DNA from: Deltaproteobacteria bacterium
GTDB lineage: Bacteria > Desulfobacterota > Dissulfuribacteria > Dissulfuribacterales > UBA3076
NCBI GenBank assembly: GCA_003194485.1
Contig: PQXD01000008.1
Span: 6,130 to 70,129 of the forward strand
Direction of reading: 5' to 3'
Length of the DNA stretch: 64,000 nucleotides
Part shown: positions 52,137 to 61,197 of the stretch, piece by piece
How positions within the stretch are numbered: the first letter of the stretch is position 1
Layout: every line of letters starts with the position of its first letter
Translations under genes and position numbers: made by a program
Notes under the pieces: model-generated
Database searches by the model: none
What the model was told of the DNA's origin: nothing
What the model saw: the letters and a program-made list of their open reading frames with translations, nothing else

Positions 52137-53330
52137 ATGATCAAATACATAGACGAAATTCCGCTGAAAGGCCAAAGGGTCCTGATGAGGACGGACTTCA
52201 ATGTCCCCCTGGACGATTCCGGCAATATCACAGACGACAGCCGCATCAGGGCGGCCCTGCCGAGCATACGCTATGCCTTAGAGGTCGAAGCAAGGCTGAT
52301 ACTCTGCTCGCATCTTGGCCGCCCGAAGGGACAGAGAATAGAAAAATTCAGCCTGAGGCCGGTGGCCGGGCGTCTTGGCGAACTGATAGACAGGGAGGTA
52401 CCTCTGGCCCCGGACTGTATTGGAGCAGAAGTGGAGAACCAGGTCAGCTCCATGTCGGACGGAGAAGTGCTGCTGCTTGAAAACCTCAGGTATCATCAGG
52501 GAGAGACAAAAAACGACCCCGGCTTTGCAGAAGCCTTGGCAAGAATGGCCGATGTGTATATAAATGACGCCTTTGCAGTATCACACAGGTCCCATGCCTC
52601 AGTGACCGGGATACCCGGCCTGGTCAAAAACTGCGCGGCCGGTTTCCTTGTAAAGCAGGAACTCTTGTACTTCAAAAAGGCCGTGGAAGGACCTGCCAGG
52701 CCCCTGGCGGCCATCCTGGGCGGGGTCAAGATATCCAGCAAGCTGGGGGCCGTTAAAAACATACTGGACCGGGTGGATAAGCTGATAGTCGGCGGGGCCA
52801 TGGCCAATACCTTCCTGGCAGCGCAAGGCATTAATATAGGAAAATCCCTCGCTGAGAAAAGTCTGGCAGACACGGCCGGGGCCCTAATTGATCGGGCAAG
52901 AGACAAAGGTGTCAAATTATACCTTCCTGTTGACTGCATCATAGCACGGGATATTGATGCAAACGCCGGGACCAGGACCGTCCCGGTCCAGGAAATTCCA
53001 GATGATTGGATGGCATTGGACATAGGGCCTGCAACGTCAAGCCTCTTCAGCGAAGCCCTTTACAATGTCAAAACCATAGTATGGAATGGCCCAATGGGGG
53101 CCTTTGAGCTTGAACCTTTCAGCCAGGGTACGATGGCCCTGGCGCATGCGGTCGGCAGCAGTCAGGCCATCAGCATTGTAGGCGGAGGAGATACCGGTCT
53201 GGCCGTCCACAGGGCCGGTGAAGCAGGGAACATATCTTACATGTCCACGGGTGGGGGAGCGTTTCTCAGCCTCCTGGAAGGAAAAGAGCTGCCGGGCATA
53301 GCGGCGCTTGAGGAGTGTATTAAAAAATGA
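52137..53330 (+). CDS. pgk: Phosphoglycerate kinase
   Basis: GQRVLMRTDFNVPL, SHLGRPKG, FAVSHRSHAS, and STGGGAFL. The start is taken at MIKYIDE because the track start at 52026 overlaps the upstream gene. Confidence 0.95.
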   Translation: MIKYIDEIPLKGQRVLMRTDFNVPLDDSGNITDDSRIRAALPSIRYALEVEARLILCSHLGRPKGQRIEKFSLRPVAGRLGELIDREVPLAPDCIGAEVENQVSSMSDGEVLLLENLRYHQGETKNDPGFAEALARMADVYINDAFAVSHRSHASVTGIPGLVKNCAAGFLVKQELLYFKKAVEGPARPLAAILGGVKISSKLGAVKNILDRVDKLIVGGAMANTFLAAQGINIGKSLAEKSLADTAGALIDRARDKGVKLYLPVDCIIARDIDANAGTRTVPVQEIPDDWMALDIGPATSSLFSEALYNVKTIVWNGPMGAFELEPFSQGTMALAHAVGSSQAISIVGGGDTGLAVHRAGEAGNISYMSTGGGAFLSLLEGKELPGIAALEECIKK

Positions 53331-54100
53331 ACACCCTGAAAAGAAGACCTGTTTTGGCAGCCAACTGGAAGATGTACAAGACAGTGGCCGAGACCCGTGA
53401 CTTCCTTGATGTCTTTTTGCCCCTGGTGAATGACCTGCCGGAAAGAGAGATAGTGATCGCTCCTCCGTTTACTGCCCTTTCAGCAGCCCGGGAAATCATT
53501 AAGCAAAGTGGACTTGTGACACTGGCAGCCCAGAACATGTACTTTGAGCAAAAGGGTAGCTTCACTGGTGAAATATCACCGATCATGCTCAAGGAATTCG
53601 CGGTAAAGTGGGTGATCCTCGGGCATTCAGAGCGCAGGCATATTTTCGGAGAAAAAAACGGCCTTATTGCCCTAAAGGTCAGGTCTGCCCTGGAAAATGA
53701 CCTGCTTCCAATACTATGTATCGGGGAAAAGCTGGAGGAAAGAGAGGCCGGGCTTATGCATGAGATACTTGAAAGGCAGTTATCCGCGGGCTTTTCAGAA
53801 GTAGGTAGTGAAGAGGCAGACCGGGTAGTGGTTGCCTATGAACCTGTATGGGCGATTGGCACGGGTAAGACAGCCACCCCGGACCAGGCACAGGATGCCC
53901 ACGCCCATATACGCTCCTGGCTGACCGGCCGTTTCGATTCCGGTATTGCAGGGCGGATTCGAATATTGTATGGTGGCTCGGTTAAGCCGGAAAATGTCAA
54001 TGAATTAATGGCGCTCCCCGACGTGGACGGAGCACTTGTCGGCGGCGCTTCTCTCAAACCCGGGAGCTTTGCACAAATTGCCGGTTGCCGGATTGATTAA
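53327..54100 (+). CDS. tpiA: Triosephosphate isomerase
   Basis: ANWKM, ILGHSERR, VAYEPVWAIGTG, and ILYGGSV. ATGA overlap with pgk. Confidence 0.95.
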   Translation: MNTLKRRPVLAANWKMYKTVAETRDFLDVFLPLVNDLPEREIVIAPPFTALSAAREIIKQSGLVTLAAQNMYFEQKGSFTGEISPIMLKEFAVKWVILGHSERRHIFGEKNGLIALKVRSALENDLLPILCIGEKLEEREAGLMHEILERQLSAGFSEVGSEEADRVVVAYEPVWAIGTGKTATPDQAQDAHAHIRSWLTGRFDSGIAGRIRILYGGSVKPENVNELMALPDVDGALVGGASLKPGSFAQIAGCRID

Positions 54101-54117
54101 TTAAAAAGGGATATCTT

Positions 54118-54597
54118 TTGTATTCTATATTAATAATAGTTTATGTTATTACGTGTGTCCTCTTGGTCCTCACTGTCCTGCTCCAGCAAGGCAAGGGGGC
54201 CGAGATAGGAGCTGTATTCGGGTCCAGTGATACCATCTTTGGCAGTGCGGGACCGGCCTCTTTTCTGAACAAGCTCACTACAGGACTGGCGGTAGCCTTT
54301 ATGATCTTGGCCCTTGTTCTTACCTATTTATCGGCTCACAAGGTTGAGGATTCCGTAATGCGCGACGTGCAGGTAACTACCAGCCCTGTAACTACCGAAC
54401 CTGTTGAAACTGCTGAACCTGCTGCGACTGTAATTCCTGAACCTGTTGAAACCGCTCCTGCGCCAGCGACAGGAGTTGAAGAGCCCGCCCATGGCTCAAA
54501 TAAAAAGACAAATTCCCTGGCTGAAGATAGCCAGCAGAAGAAAAATCAGCCTGAAAACATTGCACCATCAACGAATCAACCTGATACCCCTAAATAG
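54118..54597 (+). CDS. secG: Preprotein translocase subunit SecG with about 80-aa Pro/Glu/Thr-rich C-terminal extension
   Basis: LLVLTVLLQQGKGAEIGAVFGSS...FGSAGPASFLNKLT, then a second TM. The tail contains a duplicated EPVETA unit. Confidence 0.85.
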   Translation: MYSILIIVYVITCVLLVLTVLLQQGKGAEIGAVFGSSDTIFGSAGPASFLNKLTTGLAVAFMILALVLTYLSAHKVEDSVMRDVQVTTSPVTTEPVETAEPAATVIPEPVETAPAPATGVEEPAHGSNKKTNSLAEDSQQKKNQPENIAPSTNQPDTPK

Positions 54598-54607
54598 TCA
54601 ATCTTTT

Positions 54608-54693
54608 GCCGAAGTGGTGGAATAGGTAGACACGCCATCTTGAGGGGGTGGTGGGCAAAACCCGTGGGGGTTCGACTCCCCCCTTCGGCACCA
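54608..54693 (+). tRNA. tRNA-Leu (anticodon GAG), CCA encoded
   Basis: Acceptor GCCGAAG/CTTCGGC, anticodon arm CCATC-TTGAGGG-GGTGG (anticodon GAG), long variable arm TGGGCAAAACCCGTG, T-arm GGGGG-TTCGACT-CCCCC, and discriminator A plus CCA. Confidence 0.93.
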
Positions 54694-54729
54694 TATTATC
54701 CTGTGGGAAGGCGGTCTATTATTAATGGC

Positions 54730-55800
54730 TCAATGGCTGCCGGGTCTCTTCACAGGCAGCCTGATCGTAAAGACGGATCCCTTGCCTAGTTTGCTTTCCA
54801 CAGAGATCGTGCCCCTGTGGGCCTGAATGATCTTGAGCGCATAGGTGAGGCCGAGCCCGGCATGGATCTTTGAAGTAAAAAAGGGGTCCAGGATGTTCTT
54901 GAGCTTGTCCTTCGGGATGCCGACCCCTGTATCGGAAACCATGATCTCGATATATCCTTCGCTGACACGGCTGCTGATTTCCAGTATGCGCTGCTTATTT
55001 CGCATTGCCTCAATTGCGTTCTCAATGAGATGGCTAACCGCCGCCTTAATCTGTTCTCTGTCAACAAAAATATCAGGAGGATTTTTCATTAAATCCGTTT
55101 TTACATCTATGTGATTTTCTACAATTGCAGGTCTGTATTTTTCAATTGCTTCGGCAATGATCTTATTGATATCTGCCGGCTCTCGATAAGATATTACAGT
55201 GGTCTTCAGCTCAATGAGCTTCTTTATCATGTGTTCCAGGGTCTCAACATTTTGTACAATCAATTTCAGATATTCTTTGTTTGGATCACCCTCGGAAAGG
55301 GATTCAGAGATCCTCCGCGCAAACCCTCCTATGGCAACAAGAGGGTTCCTTATCTCATGCACCACCTGGTCCATCATCTTTTCTAATGCCTCTGATTTTT
55401 CCTCCTCCAGCAGTTTTTCGCGCTCTGCCTTTATGCTGAGTAATGACCGTATCCTTGCAACAAGCTCTTTATAATCAAAGGGCTTGGCCAGATAGTCATC
55501 TCCGCCGACATCGAGACCCTTGACGGTGCTGTCAACGTCGCCTTTGGCGGTGAGCATGAGGACAGGTATGTAACGGGTGCTTTCGTCTTCCTTGAGTCTT
55601 TTGCATACCTCGAAACCATCCAGTTTAGGCATCATAATGTCCAGCACGATCAGGTCCGGCTCGTATTCAGCGACCTTCTTGAGGCCTTCTTCGCCGTCGT
55701 ATGCCTCAGCGGTATCGAACCCGTCGGCACGGAGCCTCTTTCTCAAGAGATCCACGGTATCCACGTTATCCTCAACAATCAGGATCTTGTCCTTGTCCAC
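54730..55800 (-). CDS. Response-regulator receiver / histidine kinase hybrid (REC-HisKA-HATPase)
   Basis: ILIVEDNVDTVDLL...DLIVLDIMMPKLDG...LMLTAKGD...KPF; H-box VVHEIRNPL; HATPase (IENAIEAM, DTGVGIP, GLGLTYAL). Confidence 0.85.
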   Translation of the reverse strand: MDKDKILIVEDNVDTVDLLRKRLRADGFDTAEAYDGEEGLKKVAEYEPDLIVLDIMMPKLDGFEVCKRLKEDESTRYIPVLMLTAKGDVDSTVKGLDVGGDDYLAKPFDYKELVARIRSLLSIKAEREKLLEEEKSEALEKMMDQVVHEIRNPLVAIGGFARRISESLSEGDPNKEYLKLIVQNVETLEHMIKKLIELKTTVISYREPADINKIIAEAIEKYRPAIVENHIDVKTDLMKNPPDIFVDREQIKAAVSHLIENAIEAMRNKQRILEISSRVSEGYIEIMVSDTGVGIPKDKLKNILDPFFTSKIHAGLGLTYALKIIQAHRGTISVESKLGKGSVFTIRLPVKRPGSH

Positions 55801-55812
55801 CTGAACTGCCTT

Positions 55813-56205
55813 TTAATGTTTTTTCGCGTAGTATTCTATCTGCTCGGGCAGATCGTGCACGTTTATCGGCTTTGAAATATACCCGCTGAACCCGGCCTGT
55901 AAAGCCTTTTCCCTGTCTCCTTTCATTGCATGTGCGGTCAATGCAATTATGGAGGTATGCTTAAACTCCTCTCGAAGCCTCAGATTTTTTGCAACCTCAT
56001 AGCCTCCCATCTTCGGGAGAGCGATATCCAGAAGAATAATATCCGGCTGTTCAGCGATCGCCTTTTCCAGGCCCTCTTCTCCATCAACGGCTTCGATTAT
56101 CTGGTAATCCCGGTTTCTTAAGATCTTGATTACCAGCTCCCTGCTGTCCTGGTTGTCCTCAATTATCAGCAGTTTTTTTCCTGAAACCTTCCCTGTTTCT
56201 TTCAT
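55813..56205 (-). CDS. Single-domain response regulator (CheY-like)
   Basis: KLLIIEDNQDSREL...DIILLDIALPKMGG...IALTAHAMKGD...YISKP. Confidence 0.88.
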   Translation of the reverse strand: MKETGKVSGKKLLIIEDNQDSRELVIKILRNRDYQIIEAVDGEEGLEKAIAEQPDIILLDIALPKMGGYEVAKNLRLREEFKHTSIIALTAHAMKGDREKALQAGFSGYISKPINVHDLPEQIEYYAKKH

Positions 56206-56219
56206 GTCATCCCCATCTG

Positions 56220-58916
56220 TCAGGCATTTTTTATCTCATCGATCCTGTCTTTAAGCCTTTGCAAGAGATCTTCTTTAAGTGTTCCCTTGTTCAATATGCC
56301 ACGCAACCTGCCGTCCAGAGCGTCTTTCTCTTTCTCGCTCAGCTCCCTCTTAGTAATAATAATAAGAGGTATCTTCTTGGCACTTTCCTCTGTCTTAATG
56401 TACTCAATTACATCAAAACCATCCATCTTGGGCATTGTCAGGTTGAGGATGATCAGGTGGGGCACGAAACTCCTTATCAGCTCGACTGCATCTTTGCTGT
56501 TATAGGCCGCCCTTACCTGATACCCGACGTCCTGCAAGGTTTGTTTTATCAGCGATACCGTATCAGTTTCACTGTCTACTACCAGTACCCGTTGTATTTT
56601 GCCCCTTTTCTCCAGATCTCTTATTTTTTTCAGCAGGAAATTCTTATCCAGCGGCTTCACCATATATTCCGCAGCACCCAGACTGAATCCCAGCTTTTTA
56701 TTATCCACAATTGAAAGCACAATTACAGGGATATCCCGGGTCTCCGGCGTGCTCTTAAGCTCCCGCAATACCTGCCATCCGTCCTTATGCGGCATCATGA
56801 TATCCAGGGTAATGGCTACCGGTTTCGTCTCCATGGCCTTTTCAACCGCCTTCTCCCCGCCGAGAAGACCTACTGTTTTGTAATCCTCTCCCAGAGACTT
56901 CCTGATGATATCAATTGCATCCGGATTGTCATCTATTGCCAGCACGGTCTTTCTGGTGATGTCCTCTGCAGTCAACGGCCCCGCCTCAACGGTCTTCGAG
57001 GCCTTTGACCCAAGCACCAGTTTCTGTATGACCTCACAATTTTTGCAAAAATCAACCTTCTCGGGATAGGCACCGATCTTCAGCCCTGAGCAATGCGTCC
57101 CAAGGATGAGCCAGCAACGTCTGTCTTCACTGTCATAGGCCGGGCAGCTCGGCTGTCCGCAATGGATGTATTCGTGACACCTTACCGGTTTGCCTTCATA
57201 TTGGGGGTCTTTCAGGAAGGTCTCAACAGGCACCCCGAAGTGTTTGGCCAGATCATCAGCCACTCGTAATTCTATGGCCGGCTTGGCCCTGGACTCGAGT
57301 ATCTCCTTTTTTAGCGGGATGGTGAAATAGAACTTGCTTCCCTTGCCGTACTCGCTCGTGGCCCAGATCGTGCCGTTGTGCATCGCGATCAACCCCCTCG
57401 CAATACTGAGCCCCAGGCCGGTCCCCTCGTATTGGCGCACGGTAGAGAGGTCAGCCTGCACGAACTTGTCAAAAATCTTGCCGAGATCCTCATCCTTTAT
57501 CCCGATGCCTGTATCCTCCACGCAGACCTCTGCAAATACAGGAGGCTCGCCAAGTCGATGAATGCCGCGATCGGATGTCCTGGCACGGATGGTTATGCCT
57601 CCCTCATCGGTAAACTTGATCGCATTGGACAGCAGGTTCATCAAGACATGCTTGATCTTATTCTTATCACCATAGACCATGGGCAGATTCTCATCGATAT
57701 CAAAATCAAGTGAAAGCCCCTTTTTGGTCATCATTCCCTCGACCATGGGAACTACTGAATCAATGAGTTCTTTCAGGTTGAACTGTTCCGCTTCTAACTC
57801 GGCTTTTCCCGCCTCTATCTTGGAGAGATCGAGAAGATCATTCAACAATTGCAAGAGGTGCCTTGCATTATTGGAAATCTTGCTGAGACTCTTTGCCTGC
57901 TCCTCGTTGATTGGCCCGTCAACCCCGTCCAGCAACAGATCCGAATATCCGATGATGGAGTTCATCGGTGTCCTCAGCTCATGAGACATGTTCGCCAGGA
58001 ACGTGGATTTCAGTTTGTCAAGCTCCCTGAGCTGGATGTTTGCTTTTTCCAATAGTGCTATAAGATTGGTCCTTTCTTCCAACAGCTCGGTCTTTTTCGC
58101 AACCTCTCTTTCAAGTCTTTTGCTGAATTGAGATGCCCTTTGAACCATATAGTTAAATGTATTGCCCAGTACGCCTATTTCATCCTCTGACCTCACGTCC
58201 ACCGAAACGGACATATCACCCTCTGCAAATCTCTTTGCTTTGTCAGCCAAATCCTCCACAGGGCGCCTGATGAATTTGGTTACCATCACATAAATTATGG
58301 CAATAATCATCGATATTCCGATAAAACTTATCAATATGGTCCTGTTCCTGGCAGAAGCGACCATTTCATAGGTATGGTGCACATCCGTTCCTATTATCAT
58401 GCCGCCGAGGACTTTCCTTGAAGTGCCATGGCAGTGATAACAGTCTTTATGATTCAAAATGGGCTGCATGGTAATAAGGACCCTTCTCCCGGCAAACTCT
58501 TCCACAAATGCCCTCTCTGGTCTCGCTCCCGAGCTCAATGTCTTGGTTAAGGCCTTCAATGCCTCCTCATTATGTATGAAATCCGCAATCCCGGTGTTTA
58601 CGTTTTCCTCGTGTGTGGACCAGATTATCTCTTGATCAAAATCGCATATATATACCTCGATGTTTTCCATCTTTGTCCGAATACCGGACAAGACCCCCTT
58701 GATGGCCTCACTATCTCCGACATGCATTGGATATGTTATGCCGGAATAGATCGATCCGGACACGTCTAAATTAAGAGTTTTCACCAACTCCATTCTGTCT
58801 TTTGTCCCAAAGTATATTCTCAAGACGATCTCGGCCGTCATAACCAGGGCTATGCTGATTATTACAGTAGCCATTATCTTGTTGGCAAAACTCTTTCTTA
58901 TAAGACCAAACATCAT
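56220..58916 (-). CDS. Hybrid sensor histidine kinase: periplasmic CXXCH haem-type sensor, HAMP, HisKA, HATPase, 7-Cys insert, two REC domains
   Basis: TM1 KIMATVIISIALVMTAEIVL. Periplasmic loop with DCYHCHG (about 58426-58443). TM2 plus HAMP. H-box MSHELRTPMNS. HATPase boxes. Cys-rich stretch C-x5-C-x4-C-x9-CW-x6-C-x14-C-x2-C (about 57030-57190). Two receiver domains. I place the start at MMFGLIRK (58916) because the track start at 59015 overlaps the cytochrome gene. Confidence 0.85.
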   Translation of the reverse strand: MMFGLIRKSFANKIMATVIISIALVMTAEIVLRIYFGTKDRMELVKTLNLDVSGSIYSGITYPMHVGDSEAIKGVLSGIRTKMENIEVYICDFDQEIIWSTHEENVNTGIADFIHNEEALKALTKTLSSGARPERAFVEEFAGRRVLITMQPILNHKDCYHCHGTSRKVLGGMIIGTDVHHTYEMVASARNRTILISFIGISMIIAIIYVMVTKFIRRPVEDLADKAKRFAEGDMSVSVDVRSEDEIGVLGNTFNYMVQRASQFSKRLEREVAKKTELLEERTNLIALLEKANIQLRELDKLKSTFLANMSHELRTPMNSIIGYSDLLLDGVDGPINEEQAKSLSKISNNARHLLQLLNDLLDLSKIEAGKAELEAEQFNLKELIDSVVPMVEGMMTKKGLSLDFDIDENLPMVYGDKNKIKHVLMNLLSNAIKFTDEGGITIRARTSDRGIHRLGEPPVFAEVCVEDTGIGIKDEDLGKIFDKFVQADLSTVRQYEGTGLGLSIARGLIAMHNGTIWATSEYGKGSKFYFTIPLKKEILESRAKPAIELRVADDLAKHFGVPVETFLKDPQYEGKPVRCHEYIHCGQPSCPAYDSEDRRCWLILGTHCSGLKIGAYPEKVDFCKNCEVIQKLVLGSKASKTVEAGPLTAEDITRKTVLAIDDNPDAIDIIRKSLGEDYKTVGLLGGEKAVEKAMETKPVAITLDIMMPHKDGWQVLRELKSTPETRDIPVIVLSIVDNKKLGFSLGAAEYMVKPLDKNFLLKKIRDLEKRGKIQRVLVVDSETDTVSLIKQTLQDVGYQVRAAYNSKDAVELIRSFVPHLIILNLTMPKMDGFDVIEYIKTEESAKKIPLIIITKRELSEKEKDALDGRLRGILNKGTLKEDLLQRLKDRIDEIKNA

Positions 58917-58948
58917 GTCTTCCAGCAATGCGGTGCCTGTCGAAACCG

Positions 58949-59431
58949 CTAATGCGCGCCTCCGTGAATCAAGGGTTTGAACCTGAAGGCCTTGACCCTC
59001 TCCGATATGTGACACCCCTCACAATCTTTCATTGTGAGATTCCCCTTGATATCCTGAGAGCGCTGCGTCCTGACGTGCAGTCCACCGGGGCCATGGCATA
59101 CCTCGCAGCCCGCGTTCTTCAGGTGAGGAGTCTCCTCAAGACTGACAAAGCCGCCCGGTTTGCCATATCCCGTTGTATGGCAGAAATAGCACCTTTTTAT
59201 TTCTTCCTCGGTAAGGCCCTTTTTCACCCTTTGGATGCTCTTGAAGGAACTGCTCTTCTTTGCATATTTGGTAAAACTCCCATATTCCTTTTGGTGGCAG
59301 GGCTTGCAGGCTTCTGAACCGACATATATTTGTATTTCAGTGTTAATTTCAGTGCCATTTCCAGCTCGAACTTCTTCAGGACTGAAGGTGACGATCAATA
59401 ATGCCATGACTATGGCAGGGAAATAGCTCAT
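58949..59431 (-). CDS. Periplasmic tetrahaem cytochrome c (c554-like family)
   Basis: Signal-like N-terminus. Four CXXCH motifs: CKPCH, CYFCH, CEVCH (CEVCHGPGGLH) and CEGCH. 160 aa. Confidence 0.85.
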   Translation of the reverse strand: MSYFPAIVMALLIVTFSPEEVRAGNGTEINTEIQIYVGSEACKPCHQKEYGSFTKYAKKSSSFKSIQRVKKGLTEEEIKRCYFCHTTGYGKPGGFVSLEETPHLKNAGCEVCHGPGGLHVRTQRSQDIKGNLTMKDCEGCHISERVKAFRFKPLIHGGAH

Positions 59432-59773
59432 CGTGGTTTACCTTAATGGTCTTTTAATCTAAGGCGGAAAAAAACGATGCCGCATCAGAAAATCGCTGCA
59501 ATAATATCCAAAAATCATTATATATAATAATTTATTGTTTTTGTAGTAGCAGGGCCATTTGGGCTTGTCAAGCGCAGGAAAAGTGCGGCGATTTATAGAA
59601 AAGACAGGAAATGCTTCCTGTAAAAATAAAAAAGATTTGCCTGAGTGGTCAGACTGATATTGCCAATTTCTTTCAAGCAGGTTACAAAGTAATTTTATGA
59701 AAGAAACATAATTTCACATGGACGTAATAAGACAGAGCCATCTTGAAACAAACAACAAGACGGGAAGGAGGGT

Positions 59774-59890
59774 TATGCCATTAAAAGAACAAAAAAATTT
59801 TCTTTATTGGTTTTACCCCCGCTTTTTTGCTACGGTGGTTTATAATATCAAAAATGACAAAAGCGGGGGTCTATATCTGAACTTTTCTTG
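59774..59890 (+). CDS. Candidate 38-aa small ORF upstream of the nonahaem cytochrome gene (speculative)
   Basis: AGGAGG lies 3 nt before the ATG. Peptide is MPLKEQKNFLYWFYPRFFATVVYNIKNDKSGGLYLNFS. It overlaps a 13-bp-stem inverted repeat at 59814-59869. No homology is recognised. Confidence 0.2.
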
Positions 59891-60021
59891 AGATCTGTGC
59901 CCTTATCGTGGGTGCATAGCTACTTCAGGTCCCATGCGAGATTTTTTGATTCGGCAAGGGACACTGGTGTATGCTCGCACATGAACCTGTAGGTTCTATA
60001 GGTGAGGAAGAGAGGAAAAGG

Positions 60022-61197
60022 ATGGTGCTCAAAGTAAAGTTTCTTATAATATGTATTTTTGGTTTCGTGATGTTGATGGCCGGCATCGGCATCAACTCGT
60101 CGAGTGCCATGGAAACCGACGACTGTCTGGGATGCCATGGCGATTCATCCATAATTGATGAAGGGGGCGAGCGTCTGTATATCGACGGTGCCCAGTTCGC
60201 CGGTACGAAACACGCAGAAGATGGTTGCGGGTCCTGCCATTTTGTAACCGACGATCATCCTGACGATGGAATCAGGCCCGGAAAAGAAAGCTGCGACACA
60301 TGCCATGAAGATACTATTGATGAGTTATCAAAGGGCCTTCATGCGGGAAATGCGGAATGCACGGATTGTCATAACCCCCACGCAGCCAAAGGCCTCAAGC
60401 CTCCTGGTGAAAGCTGTGGTATGTGCCATGAAGATGCCGTTGAAGAGTATTTGAAAAGCCCCCATGCAGAAAAGGCTGCCTGTTCGGATTGTCACAGCCC
60501 CCATACGGTAAAAAGCCATCTGTCGATTTCAGGTTTTGAAAAAAATAGACGGTGTGCCACTTGCCATGATAATGTCGGTCATTCTGAATGGCTTCTCCGG
60601 TCAAGGCTCCACATGCAGGCAACTACGTGCATAAGCTGCCATACCGATTCGAAAGGCATCGTCATCGCCATGTATATTGAGAAAAGAGATGGTGTCAGAC
60701 CGGATAAGGAAGGTGAGATTGACCTGGCAACTTACGAAGACCTCATGCAGTTAGTCGGAGACGGGGGAGTTCAATCTCTCATAGACACCAATGGTGACGG
60801 TTCCATCACAATGGCAGAGCTCAAAGATTTCAACAAGAACTCAAAATACCAAGACGTGGGGCTCTGGGGGGTGCTGTCAACAGAGACGGCAAGCCACAGC
60901 TACGGGATATTTGAAGACCGCCGGGATTGTTCTTTCTGCCACGCCGCCGGGCCAAAAGCCATGCAGACATGTTATGTAGCCTTTCCCAATCAAGACGGCA
61001 CGTACAGCAGGGTCGCTGTTGAAGAGGGAGCGGTACTCGACCCTCTTTTTGCTACCCCTGACTTCTACATGGTGGGCTCCACCAGAAACGATATTCTCAG
61101 CATTCTGGGGCTGCTAATCATAGCCAGTGGCTTAGGCGCGGCCTCACTCCACGGCACTTTCAGATTTTTGACCCGAAAGAACAGGAGGAAGCATTGA
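60022..61197 (+). CDS. Membrane-anchored nonahaem cytochrome c
   Basis: Signal/anchor MVLKVKFLIICIFGFVMLMAG. Nine CXXCH motifs: CLGCH, CGSCH, CDTCH, CTDCH, CGMCH, CSDCH, CATCH, CISCH and CSFCH. C-terminal TM ILSILGLLIIASGLGAASL. Canonical EF-hand loop DTNGDGSITMAE. GAGGAAGAGAGGAAAAGG precedes the ATG. Confidence 0.85.
   Translation: MVLKVKFLIICIFGFVMLMAGIGINSSSAMETDDCLGCHGDSSIIDEGGERLYIDGAQFAGTKHAEDGCGSCHFVTDDHPDDGIRPGKESCDTCHEDTIDELSKGLHAGNAECTDCHNPHAAKGLKPPGESCGMCHEDAVEEYLKSPHAEKAACSDCHSPHTVKSHLSISGFEKNRRCATCHDNVGHSEWLLRSRLHMQATTCISCHTDSKGIVIAMYIEKRDGVRPDKEGEIDLATYEDLMQLVGDGGVQSLIDTNGDGSITMAELKDFNKNSKYQDVGLWGVLSTETASHSYGIFEDRRDCSFCHAAGPKAMQTCYVAFPNQDGTYSRVAVEEGAVLDPLFATPDFYMVGSTRNDILSILGLLIIASGLGAASLHGTFRFLTRKNRRKH

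Noticed and set aside
54608-54730. tRNA-Leu as a possible integration hotspot or genomic-island border.
   Set aside because: No integrase, direct repeat of the tRNA 3' end, or compositional break is visible downstream. The next gene is a convergent two-component protein.
59809-59832. Possible sigma-54 promoter TGGTTTTACCCCCGC upstream of the cytochrome genes, with GG and GC at the correct 12-nt register.
   Set aside because: Only the GG/GC dinucleotide spacing fits. The flanking consensus (TGGCAC...TTGCW) is poorly matched, and no enhancer-binding protein gene is nearby.
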